Assembly: GCA_963705505.1 (NCBI GenBank) | Contig: CAVPJU010000010.1 | Span: forward strand, 384,001 to 448,000 | Reading direction: 5' to 3' | DNA: 64,000 nucleotides | Source of the DNA: an uncultured bacterium | Lineage (GTDB): Bacteria > Desulfobacterota_D > UBA1144 > Nemesobacterales > UBA2774 | Made by a program: the position numbers and the translations under genes | Shown here: one piece after another, positions 1 through 9,519 of the stretch | Position numbering within the stretch: the stretch's first letter is position 1 | How the letters are laid out: each line of letters opens with the position of its first letter | The notes under the pieces: model-generated | The model's input: the letters and a program-made list of their open reading frames with translations, nothing else | Told to the model about the DNA's origin: nothing | Database searches by the model: none

Positions 1-95
1 TGAGTTCAGATAATAACATAACGATTCGAATTCTTGAATAAAAAAGGTGATTCCTTTATAATCTCCCATAAAAAAACAAAGGAGAATACCCGATC

Positions 96-857
96 ATGAA
101 ACTTCAGAATAAGGTGGCACTTATAACGGGCGGAAGTCTGGGGCTCGGAAAAGCGACGGCATTTCTATTCGCAGAGGAAGGGGCGAAGGTAATTATAACG
201 GGAAGGACCGAGAAAACGCTCAAGGCCGCAGTCGACGAAGCCAAGAAGAAAGGGCTCGAGATAGACTACCTCGTAAACGACGTGTCAAAGGAAGAGGACT
301 GCAAGAAAGCGGTTAACCATGCAATCAAAAAATACGGCAAAATCGACATACTCTTCAACAACGCAGGCATACTTCCTATTGGTTACACGCATGAAACGGA
401 TACGGATACATGGGATATGATCTTCGATATAAACGTGAAAGGGACATTTATGATGTCGAAGTACACTATCCCTCATATGATAAAGGAGGGATACGGATGC
501 ATAGTGAATAATTCCTCGGTGCTCGGGCTGAAAGCCGTACCGGGCGTCGCTGCTTATAACGCGACGAAAGGTGCGGTAACCCAGCTTACCAGGAGCATGG
601 CACTCGAATACGCGGACAAAGGGATACGGGTGAACGCAATATGCCCCGGTACGATAGATACGCCCATGGTGGACGGCCTTCTCGACAAGATGCCGGATAG
701 AGCGGAGGCTGAGAAGCTTTTCAAATCTTTTCACCCGGTCGGACGCTTCGGAACGGCTGAAGAGATTGCCCACTCGGTGTTGTTCCTCTGCGACGATAAG
801 GTGGGATTTATGACGGGAACCATGCTGTCCGTAGACGGCGGATGGATAGCCAAATAA
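96..857 (+). CDS. SDR family NAD(P)-dependent oxidoreductase
   Basis: TGGSLGLG cofactor motif, NNAG, YNATK (YxxxK), C-terminal VDGG; GGAG RBS upstream. Confidence 0.95.
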   Translation: MKLQNKVALITGGSLGLGKATAFLFAEEGAKVIITGRTEKTLKAAVDEAKKKGLEIDYLVNDVSKEEDCKKAVNHAIKKYGKIDILFNNAGILPIGYTHETDTDTWDMIFDINVKGTFMMSKYTIPHMIKEGYGCIVNNSSVLGLKAVPGVAAYNATKGAVTQLTRSMALEYADKGIRVNAICPGTIDTPMVDGLLDKMPDRAEAEKLFKSFHPVGRFGTAEEIAHSVLFLCDDKVGFMTGTMLSVDGGWIAK

Positions 858-982
858 TTCCGATAATTCAACAAAAGGATTATATTTTAGTAATAACTTT
901 ATATCAGCACTGGACAATTAGTACGAATTAGTGGTATAAATTATATGTGTTGATTTAAATCATCAATTTATAGGAGGGAAGG

Positions 983-1309
983 ATGAAATTTATAACATCC
1001 TTGACGCTTTCGGCAGCTTTGTTTTTCTCCGTTTTCACGATGAGCAGCCACGCTCTCAGCCAGTATTTTCCTCTTACGGCTTCACAGAACCACTTCACGC
1101 ATATCATTTCTCAATTGAAAACCTTCAAAACCGTTGAATGGGAGTCCCCGGTCACGATGTGGGTCAAGGTTCCGTCAAGTCAGAAGGCAAGGGCTCAGGA
1201 GCTGGCTGATACTATACAGGAGAGAGCGAGGGATGCGCTAATGCAGCCCTTCTGTGTTCATATATTCGTAACCGAAGGACAGTCACTGGCCAGGTCCTGC
1301 GTCTTTTAA
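983..1309 (+). CDS. hypothetical exported protein
   Basis: AGGAGG RBS; signal-peptide-like N-terminus ending SHA; two Cys near the C-terminus. Confidence 0.75.
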   Translation: MKFITSLTLSAALFFSVFTMSSHALSQYFPLTASQNHFTHIISQLKTFKTVEWESPVTMWVKVPSSQKARAQELADTIQERARDALMQPFCVHIFVTEGQSLARSCVF

Positions 1310-1487
1310 TTATTGATCTCTCGGCAGTGGCGGAAATTTAAGATCGGGGATAAGGTATCCTTCCAAGGGGCTTTGCAGTTTTTCAGCCGTGCGGTCACAA
1401 TCCCGTGATGTGTCGGACGCGTGCCGGCGGGTACTGGTTTCCGCTTCCATATAACGCCGAGGGTCAGGACCGAGGATTCACGAACGG

Positions 1488-1739
1488 TCAATGATGACTG
1501 CGGTCGACGAAAGGTATTGATATAGAAAGCTCATCCCTCTGGTTTCCTTCTTTGACGTTAATCTCAATATTGTTCACATTAAACTGAGGATATTTTTCAA
1601 AAAGATTGATCAAATCATTTTGAATCTTCTCCGTAAAATTCGGAGGCAGATCTTTTCTTTCATAAGACAAAACCATCCTGAGCCTTTCTTTCGCGACGTT
1701 CGCCGATTTTTTCCGTCTCAAAAATCCGAATAACGACAT
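1488..1739 (-). CDS. minE: cell division topological specificity factor MinE
   Basis: SANVAKERLRMVL motif, 83 aa, directly after minD. Confidence 0.92.
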   Translation of the reverse strand: MSLFGFLRRKKSANVAKERLRMVLSYERKDLPPNFTEKIQNDLINLFEKYPQFNVNNIEINVKEGNQRDELSISIPFVDRSHH

Positions 1740-1742
1740 AGG

Positions 1743-2525
1743 TCATCCCCCTAGCAATCTGCTGAAAAATCCTTTTTTGTCCGTGAGTTCATTAAAGGGT
1801 ATCTCCTCTCCCATGAGCCTCCTCGCTATATTCATGAGAGCCTCTCCCGCGCTTGAGTTGTCGGATAATACTATCGGCTCTCCCTTATTCGTAAAATCGA
1901 CCATCTTCTCCTCATCGGGGATTACTCCGATCTTCCTTATCCTCAGCACGTCTTCAATATCCTCGACCGAGAGCATCTCTCCCTTTTTCACCTGGTGTGA
2001 TCTAATTCTGTTCACGATCAGGTTGAGCTTGTCTTTGCCCATGGACTCCAGGAGGCCGATTACGCGGTCCGCATCCCTGACGGAGGAAACCTCGGGGTTC
2101 ACAACGACAAGCGCTTCTTCGGCAGGGGCCGCAGCTGTCCTGAACCCCCCCTCTATTCCCGCAGGCGAGTCTATGAATATGTAATTGAAGTTAAATTTCA
2201 CCCTCTCGACTATCGCCGAAAGCTGCTCTCCGCTTACCGATTCCTTGTTCTTTGTCTGCGCAGCGGGCAGGAGGTAAAGCGATTCGCTCCTCTTATCCTT
2301 TACGAATGCTTTTTCCGGAGGGATTACCCCTTCCACAACGTCAACGATATCGTAAACTATCCTGTTCTCCAGACCCAGAATCATATCCAGGTTCCTGAGG
2401 CCGATATCCGCGTCTATAGTCAGCACCCTGTTCCCTAAAGACGCAAGGGCAGCCGCAAGGTTGGCAGTCACGGTTGTCTTGCCTACCCCTCCCTTTCCGG
2501 ACGTTACAACAATTACTCTCGTCAT
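1743..2525 (-). CDS. minD: septum site-determining ATPase MinD
   Basis: KGGVGKTT deviant Walker A, DIGLRNLD, DSPAGIE, C-terminal amphipathic KGFFSRLLGG. Confidence 0.97.
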   Translation of the reverse strand: MTRVIVVTSGKGGVGKTTVTANLAAALASLGNRVLTIDADIGLRNLDMILGLENRIVYDIVDVVEGVIPPEKAFVKDKRSESLYLLPAAQTKNKESVSGEQLSAIVERVKFNFNYIFIDSPAGIEGGFRTAAAPAEEALVVVNPEVSSVRDADRVIGLLESMGKDKLNLIVNRIRSHQVKKGEMLSVEDIEDVLRIRKIGVIPDEEKMVDFTNKGEPIVLSDNSSAGEALMNIARRLMGEEIPFNELTDKKGFFSRLLGG

Positions 2526-2536
2526 ATCCTTACCCC

Positions 2537-3151
2537 TCAGCTTCGAATTTTTTCTATGAAAATCTGGTTGTTTTTAACATAGGCTTTCTCCGGATACTCG
2601 GGTGCGTCCGATTCATCGGGTGACCTGGCTATCCATCTCGCAATCCTCAATTGCTGAGGCCTGAGCTTTAATGCTATCACAATCGCACCGTCGTCACCCC
2701 CTGCCCCGGCATGGACTATGCCCCTCAGAGTGCCCATGACGACTATATTCCCCGACGCCGTAATGTAGGAGCCCGGATTAACGTCCCCAATCACGAGCAC
2801 ATCACCTTCGTGCTCAACGTTCTGACCGCTTCTCATATTCTTATTTATAAGCTTGAGTGTCCTGACATCCTGTTTTTGGTCCGAAAGAGGGGCTTTCGAG
2901 GGTTTATCCAGCTTAAGGGACGGCTTATACCCAAGAAACCTCGTGTTCGAACTCCTTACTGCTTCCTCTATCTTCTTCATATTATCTTCGGAAATCTTAG
3001 CGCCCTCATAGTCAATGACTGCGAGAGAGCCTTTGAAAAATTCGTCCGATAGTTTGTCTTTTATCTGCGAAATATTCTCTTCCACGGACAGATTTTCATC
3101 CAGTTTGACCAATAAGGCCGGTACCGTCATGCCTTTGACTGTTATTCCCAT
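2537..3151 (-). CDS. minC: septum site-determining protein MinC
   Basis: RSGQ...GDVNPGS...GNIVVMGTLRGIVHAG beta-helix C-domain; upstream of minD. Confidence 0.95.
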   Translation of the reverse strand: MGITVKGMTVPALLVKLDENLSVEENISQIKDKLSDEFFKGSLAVIDYEGAKISEDNMKKIEEAVRSSNTRFLGYKPSLKLDKPSKAPLSDQKQDVRTLKLINKNMRSGQNVEHEGDVLVIGDVNPGSYITASGNIVVMGTLRGIVHAGAGGDDGAIVIALKLRPQQLRIARWIARSPDESDAPEYPEKAYVKNNQIFIEKIRS

Positions 3152-3465
3152 ATGGTCTCTCTAAGGTATAGAATGAAAGGTTCCCTCTCCCCAGAAAACA
3201 AATTATCATATGTTGAAAGACAACACAAGGTTGATTCGACCGAATGAGGATATTTTGAATGTACGCTTTCACCCATAGCTAATTTTTAACACCTATCAAT
3301 GACAAAATTTGCCCATTAATAATTAATTATAATTATGAGCGCTTATGTTATACTCAATCCGGAAATTAAAAACTCTTTGCGATGACCAAGGGCGTCAAGC
3401 CCGTCGCATATTGTAACCGAGTACGCCTGAAGAAGGCGTTTTATCCTCGAGTATATTCAATAAAT

Positions 3466-4464
3466 ATGTTAATCGACATACACGGACTTGTGATCAAATG
3501 TCATTCGCAATCGCCGGAGCTCCTGACAGGGCTCCTGAGACCGTTTAAGCATTTCATAAAGGATTCCGGCCCCCCTTCCGTCAACATTTTCATAAACGAT
3601 ACAGAACCCCCCTATGAAAGCTTCCCCCGGCTGAAGGCGTGTTTCTCAACGCCCCGCAACATAGTATTCAAGGGCCGCGGTCTGAAAATAATCGATTACT
3701 TCGGCAGCGGCGTGGTACTTGAAGAGGACGGAGGGCAAAAATTCACTGTATACGGGAAAGACCCGAATTTTCTTCAGGAAGCATTCTACCTCCTCGTAAT
3801 GTCGCTCTTCGGCCAGTTCTGCGACAAGAAAGGCGTGCTGAGGATACACGCCCTCACCTTCTCCTTCCGCGATACGGCAATCATATTTTCAGCGCAGGCG
3901 GGCGGAGGCAAATCCACGATGGCGTTCGGCTTATTAGAGAACAACAACTTCAAGCTGATTTCGGATGACGAGGCCATCGTGACCGAGTCGGGCCATGTAC
4001 TCCCGCTTCCCTTGCGTGTCGGGACCCTGGATGAGGACAAAATAAAATCCATACCGGACAGATACGTGTACAGGATAGACAGAATGGAATTCGGAAGCAA
4101 ATACTTTGTGGATATGGAATACTGGAATGACAGACTCGAGACGAGGGAACTCGGGAAAAAGATATACTTCATAGCTCACAGGCTTATAAACGGAGGCCCT
4201 TATATCGAAAAATCTTCCCGGTATAAGGCTGTCGTTGACCTCATGGGATCCGCTGTCATCGGTTTCGGGCTCTACCAGGGAATGGAATTCGTGTTTAACA
4301 ATCCGCCGCGGGAACTGATATCGAGATTGCCGGTCTTTCTCAGGAGGATGACCTCCGCCATAAATTTCATTAAGGGAACCGAGAGTTATCAAATATACTT
4401 GTCCAGAGACACGGAGAAAAATATCAGGGTTTTCGAGGAATTTATCCAAAACCTGAAATTATAA
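3466..4464 (+). CDS. HPr kinase-related P-loop kinase (start ATG 3466 preferred, 3382 possible)
   Basis: LRIHA...AQAGGGKST...ISDD: His, Walker A and DD motifs of the HprK/PEPCK-like kinase fold. Confidence 0.75.
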   Translation: MLIDIHGLVIKCHSQSPELLTGLLRPFKHFIKDSGPPSVNIFINDTEPPYESFPRLKACFSTPRNIVFKGRGLKIIDYFGSGVVLEEDGGQKFTVYGKDPNFLQEAFYLLVMSLFGQFCDKKGVLRIHALTFSFRDTAIIFSAQAGGGKSTMAFGLLENNNFKLISDDEAIVTESGHVLPLPLRVGTLDEDKIKSIPDRYVYRIDRMEFGSKYFVDMEYWNDRLETRELGKKIYFIAHRLINGGPYIEKSSRYKAVVDLMGSAVIGFGLYQGMEFVFNNPPRELISRLPVFLRRMTSAINFIKGTESYQIYLSRDTEKNIRVFEEFIQNLKL

Positions 4465-4466
4465 AG

Positions 4467-5426
4467 ATGAAAGACGATAAAAAGATTGTCGAAATTTCAC
4501 TGGTCATACTCACATTTAACCGCAGAGAGGGTTTAAGAAGGTGCCTCGATTCGATTTTGAAAATGGAAAAGAGGGATATACGGTTTGAGGTTATAGTTGT
4601 CGATGACGGTTCGAAAACGGACAATATTTCCATAATAAACCAATTTAACGGGTCGCTAGATGTCAGGTACTTCAAAAAAGATAACGAGGGCGTAGCCTCG
4701 ACCAGAAACTTCGGGTTAAGAGCGGCGCGCGGGGATCTCGTTGCATTCATTGCGGACGACTACAGGCTTCCCGAAAACTATTTGCCGGACGTTATGGATT
4801 TCTTCGATGCGAATCCTCATGCCTATGTTATTACGCATAATATAAACCCTACGGGCCCGAGTATATTCAGGTACGTGCAGAGACTCTATTTCCAGATGAC
4901 CCTCCTTCAGAGATTCGATGACCGGGACCTCGGGAACGACGTGGTTAAGAGCCTTGAGCTTCCGCCTTCCAGGGGAGCCGTCTTCAGGAAAGAGCTTTTC
5001 CGGCTTCTCGGCAACTTTAACGAAGACTTTCTTACCGGAGAAGACGGGGAATTCGGAATGAGGATGGCGTCCGCGGATATACCCGTGTATTTCTTCATGC
5101 ACAAATATATAGACCACTGGGAAGACAAGGGGCTTCGGGGGTATCTCTGCCAGAGGATAAGGTACGGGGGCAGCTACTACAGGGCGCTCAAGGCGCAGAA
5201 TCCGGATTCAATGGGGAAGCAGTCTCTCGGGAATGTTCTATCCTCGACCATCGAGAGGTATTACCGCTGGCTGAAACTATCCTATAAACTCCGCCGCGGA
5301 CCCGAGTATCTGGCATTATCTCCTTTCATAATTCTATTCCTCATGTTTTATTACGGCAGCTTCTATTCGGAATCGAAAAAGACCGTCGTCTCATACGAGC
5401 GTCAGGAGTCGGGCATCGGCAGGTGA
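4467..5426 (+). CDS. glycosyltransferase family 2
   Basis: VIVVDDGS, STRNFG, FIADD, GEDGE motifs. Confidence 0.92.
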   Translation: MKDDKKIVEISLVILTFNRREGLRRCLDSILKMEKRDIRFEVIVVDDGSKTDNISIINQFNGSLDVRYFKKDNEGVASTRNFGLRAARGDLVAFIADDYRLPENYLPDVMDFFDANPHAYVITHNINPTGPSIFRYVQRLYFQMTLLQRFDDRDLGNDVVKSLELPPSRGAVFRKELFRLLGNFNEDFLTGEDGEFGMRMASADIPVYFFMHKYIDHWEDKGLRGYLCQRIRYGGSYYRALKAQNPDSMGKQSLGNVLSSTIERYYRWLKLSYKLRRGPEYLALSPFIILFLMFYYGSFYSESKKTVVSYERQESGIGR

Positions 5427-5479
5427 ATTCTTTCAGACTCTGACTGATTGACGGACGACTACTAAATCTTCTACGGATA

Positions 5480-6892
5480 ATGGATATAAAGGAATCTTTA
5501 TTCAGACTCAGCCGTAAAAAAGGGCTCGAATTCTCGGGCTCCGCAGCGTACTCCCTGTGCGCAGGAGCAGTATCGTTGATTTTTCGCACGACCCCTGAGA
5601 TTCGTTCCGCCTATCTGGCAGGCAGTATGGCGGGCGGGGACATAGTACCGGGCTTGAGCGATATCGATTTCGTCATAGTAGTAAAGGTGGCGGACGGTAA
5701 AAACGAGTATGAATTCCTCAGGAATCTCGAAAAAAAGATACGGTATTTATTACCCCCGTTCGGAAAGGACAAAATCGGAACCCATGTCGTCATATACTCC
5801 GACCGGGAGTGGGCTCTTCTGGGCGATATATTCCTGGGTAAAAGATTCGGCTCTCCCCTCAGGGTGTTCGAGAAGGATAAAATTATACTCACCAATTATT
5901 TCAGCCCGCCCGTCAAGGCGTTACACCATTTCTATAAGGCCTATTGGCGCCTCGAGACGATAGAGCAAGACATCGCAGTCCGTCCGAAAGACCGTTATGA
6001 GCTGCAATTGAGGGAGAGGCTCATGGAAAGGTGCTTCCGATCAATACTAAACGGGGTGAACGAGACCGGCAATAAATCCGGTCCCTCGTCTCGGCTTTCA
6101 GGAGTACGGAGTGAAATAGAAGAGATGCTCGTGAGATCCGGAGAATCGAAAAGCGACGGACTTCACCCCGATATTCTCGCAAGGCTGCTCTATTATTTTG
6201 ATCTGGCGGTCGGGGAGGCCCTTCCTCCTCCCGGGCTTCCCGAAGGAAAGGTCTTAAGTCCCGAGAATAACCAGGTATCGGAAGAACAAATACCTTCGGA
6301 GCGGGGATTCGTCCGGGACCCGTTCCTTTTGCTCGAGAGGGAAACGGAAAATTGTCCGGTTCTCTATTGCCCGATAAAAAATACCGACTATTTCGTTTAC
6401 GACCTCAGTCGTTATACCATCACGGATAAATTGATCGAATATTACAGGAGCAATAACGGTCGCGGGTTCAGAATGCTGTCAAAAGCGCTGATCGAGAACC
6501 TGTACCTGAACTTCCCCGAGCACCGGGTCGTATTTACGGGTCTCGGAGACCACAAACAGTACACGCTAAGAACACGTCTTGACGAGGACAGGTTTGTTTT
6601 AGAAGCCTACTCCATTTTTCCGCAGCTCAGGTCGCCTTACAATTTCAGGGATAGCGAGAGGTATGAAGCCTTCCGAGATAAAGCCCGGAAGCTAATACGG
6701 TTGTTGAGTCGGATTCAAACAGGAGGGAAGACCGCTAATGAAACGCTCGACAACGAGGGGATTCAAAATCCCGAAAATTCTCGAAAAGAACAAAGCGAGT
6801 TTGAAAGATTCAATAATTTGAGGGAAACCTCCATCGAGTTGAGAGATAAATTAAATTCATTTCTATCTTCTCCGGTAAATTCACATGCCTAG
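5480..6892 (+). CDS. protein with N-terminal pol-beta-like nucleotidyltransferase domain
   Basis: AYLAGS...SDIDFVIVV (hG[GS]..DxD signature); C-terminal region not recognised. Confidence 0.7.
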   Translation: MDIKESLFRLSRKKGLEFSGSAAYSLCAGAVSLIFRTTPEIRSAYLAGSMAGGDIVPGLSDIDFVIVVKVADGKNEYEFLRNLEKKIRYLLPPFGKDKIGTHVVIYSDREWALLGDIFLGKRFGSPLRVFEKDKIILTNYFSPPVKALHHFYKAYWRLETIEQDIAVRPKDRYELQLRERLMERCFRSILNGVNETGNKSGPSSRLSGVRSEIEEMLVRSGESKSDGLHPDILARLLYYFDLAVGEALPPPGLPEGKVLSPENNQVSEEQIPSERGFVRDPFLLLERETENCPVLYCPIKNTDYFVYDLSRYTITDKLIEYYRSNNGRGFRMLSKALIENLYLNFPEHRVVFTGLGDHKQYTLRTRLDEDRFVLEAYSIFPQLRSPYNFRDSERYEAFRDKARKLIRLLSRIQTGGKTANETLDNEGIQNPENSRKEQSEFERFNNLRETSIELRDKLNSFLSSPVNSHA

Positions 6893-6988
6893 CCCATAGC
6901 ATTTTTAAGAATGTATAATTCAGGTATATTCGTACGGTTTTGACGAGATCGTTCGAGCTTAAGACTATATCAGAAAAAAGGAAGGACC

Positions 6989-7642
6989 ATGAAATACAGG
7001 ATTAACAGATTATTCGTAAAACTTTCTATTTTAATTATTGTCGCTTTCCCGATTTATATGACCTCCGCCGGCGCAGACGAAACCGACAAATGCGCATCAA
7101 TAAAAAAGGACGTAAGCGTGGAATCGACTCTGGCGACGGCAGCCTTTCTCGCCAATGAGGAGAACAAACCGGGTTCCATACGCTATGAGTCCGACTCCTT
7201 AATGGATAGGGCGGAAGACGGAGCGTCAACTGCACAAAAACCGGGCGGCCTATGCCCTGCGGGATGCCAGCTCAATACAGAGCCCGTAGTAGTTTTCAAA
7301 GCTGTACCGCGTAAATTCCTAACCAGCTATTCAGATTACAATAAGTGCGAGAAGTTGCTCGAACAGACTGAAAAGAGTCCGTTTAGCTATAACGAGCAGT
7401 TCAACTCGATAACGGATGTGGAGAGCTGGTTTTCAAATTTCTCGAGAGGCAAAGGACCCGACGGACAGGACCTTTATAACAGGTGCAGCGGCCAGTGCAG
7501 CCCGCAATACGAATTCTTCATTACAAATGACGGCGGGAAACTCGGGCTCAACGCCGACGTCGTATGCGGACACGCCAGGGACAAAAGTGACGACAAGTAC
7601 ATAATTTCCTACAGCTACCGATGGAAATGCCAGAGCAAGTGA
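6989..7642 (+). CDS. Cys-rich exported hypothetical protein
   Basis: AAGGA RBS; signal peptide ending AGA; 8 Cys in the mature part. Confidence 0.75.
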   Translation: MKYRINRLFVKLSILIIVAFPIYMTSAGADETDKCASIKKDVSVESTLATAAFLANEENKPGSIRYESDSLMDRAEDGASTAQKPGGLCPAGCQLNTEPVVVFKAVPRKFLTSYSDYNKCEKLLEQTEKSPFSYNEQFNSITDVESWFSNFSRGKGPDGQDLYNRCSGQCSPQYEFFITNDGGKLGLNADVVCGHARDKSDDKYIISYSYRWKCQSK

Positions 7643-7799
7643 GCACGGGGCGCTTGTAATACTATTTTGGAAATCCGGCAACTTCGTATTATATTAAACT
7701 CATCATCCAAGCCGACGCGCAGGTACTGCTTCTTTATTATCAAGTTATTGTTCCCTCAGCCGAGATGCTGACCTCCGCCGATGAAAAGACATTCCCAGT

Positions 7800-8531
7800 T
7801 TACGTATGTTTATATTCGTTTCTGCTTGTGAACACGATAAAAATTCCAAGTATTAATGCAAGAATGAAAGATGAGCCGATCGTGCCGAAATCGAGGCCGC
7901 CCTTTTCATGCGGCTTGGTCAGGATGTCCCCTATTTGTGCGCCGAAAGGCCGCGTCAGAACGAACGCGATCCAGAACAGTGCGACGCGGGAAATCTCGGT
8001 GAAATATGCGGCCGCCAGCACGAGCGCCAGCAGACCGGCAACCAGCAGCGCACCGCCGGTAAATCCGAGCCCCGAGGTATCAGACAGGAAATCGCCCAGC
8101 GCGGTGCCCAGCGTGTTTGAAAACAGAATAGCGATCCAGTAAACGAATTCGACCTTGCGAGACCTGATCTCGCTGACGGACAGGGAACCGATGCGCAATC
8201 GCCAGAAGACGAGAATAGCCACGAGACAGCTCAGCAAAATGGCGGAGCCTTTCATATAGCCAAGCCCCAGCGTGCGGTCCATGAAGTCCGACATCGTCGT
8301 GCCGGCAGTGCTGGTGGTCAGGATGACCGACCAGTAAAGCAGGGGGTGATATCTTTTCGACACCAACTGCGCCGCGAACGTCACCAGAAACACGCTGAAC
8401 AATATGATGGTGCTGACGGCATAGCCCACATTCATTGTCATTGATAAAAGATCACCCGCCGTTTCACCCAGGGTGGTGGCGCATATCTTCATTATCCAGA
8501 AACAAATGGTGATTTGAGGAAGTTTATTCAT
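7800..8531 (-). CDS. DUF347/COG4705 repeat membrane protein
   Basis: FWIMKICATTLGETAGD, YWIAILFSNTLGTALGD and FWIAFVLTRPFGA repeats. Confidence 0.88.
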   Translation of the reverse strand: MNKLPQITICFWIMKICATTLGETAGDLLSMTMNVGYAVSTIILFSVFLVTFAAQLVSKRYHPLLYWSVILTTSTAGTTMSDFMDRTLGLGYMKGSAILLSCLVAILVFWRLRIGSLSVSEIRSRKVEFVYWIAILFSNTLGTALGDFLSDTSGLGFTGGALLVAGLLALVLAAAYFTEISRVALFWIAFVLTRPFGAQIGDILTKPHEKGGLDFGTIGSSFILALILGIFIVFTSRNEYKHT

Positions 8532-8684
8532 CGGGATGCCCTACCATAACAAGCCCATTCACCCGTCATGTTCTCCTGAGCCGAATGGGGGCTGCATGCC
8601 GGTCCTCGGATTAGAGGGAACACGAACAAGACGTCGAGTCTCGTCTTGGCGATCGGGGAATCTATATGTCCTGTACCATAATCT

Positions 8685-9519
8685 TCAGCTCTCGTTAGCG
8701 ATCCGGAAGTTGTCCGACAATGTCGAGGCGTCATTAAAAAACTCTATAGTCCTGTTTATCACGGTGTCCTTGTCGTTGTCTATCGTAACGATGTGATAAC
8801 TGTTTTTTAGTCTGACGAACTGCTTGTTGTCGGAACCGATATTTTCATATATATACTGCGCGTTCTTTATGTCGCAAATATCGTCCTCTTCCGGGTGCAT
8901 TATTATCGTCGGGGTTTTCACTTTATTCATATTCTTTTTTAAATGCTTTGAATATCTCAGGAGCTCGGCGAAGGTTACAGCGGGATACCTGTCGTACGCA
9001 CTGCTGTTACTGGACGAGAGTAAAGTAATTACCTTTTTTCTAACGTGCTCGTTCTTAACGCCGTAGGGCTCCCTTTCTATAAAGGAATAATCTAGAATAT
9101 CCGCTACGGGTGTAAATGCCAGAACTATAAGGAACCTGAACCACGGCAGGCTCCACCCATCAAGCGATAACGTCGGAGACAGTAGCGCCAGATGCTCGGG
9201 GAGTATTGTTTTCAATCGCTATGCTCAGACAAATGAGCGCTCCCAGGCAAAGGCCTGACAAATACACCTCCTCGTACGTCGAGGATAATCTCTCAAACTC
9301 GGCCTTCGCAAAATCGTCCCAATCCCGCCACTTTTTCGATTTCAGGTCCTCTATGCTCGTACAGTGTCCGGGCAGGCAGGGACAATGCACGTCGTAACCC
9401 ATTTTATGCATCTTACCTCCGTAATACCTCATCTCGAACGGGCTGCCCGTGAGACCGTGGAGCAAGAGTACGGCTCTTCTGTTATTAGCCGTGAGTGTAA
9501 AACTGTTCGGTTTGTTCAT
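8685..9519 (-). pseudogene. alpha/beta-hydrolase (carboxylesterase-like) split by one frameshift near 9200; possibly a sequencing error
   Basis: N-half LLLHGLTGSP...GLCLG (ORF 9160-9528) continues in another frame as LALLSPT...EDD...SYH (ORF 8685-9215); GGAGG RBS and ATGA overlap with the upstream gene. Confidence 0.85.

Noticed and set aside
3152..3465. RiPP precursor for the kinase/GT2/NTase trio
   Set aside because: Only a ~16-codon ORF (MSAYVILNPEIKNSLR) with no RBS or lasso-like features; no cyclase or RRE nearby.
8528..8734. 68-aa ORF with IRGP upstream of DUF347 as a third arrest leader
   Set aside because: The motif is RGPA, not near the C-terminus; no hydrophobic N-region; overlaps the hydrolase gene.
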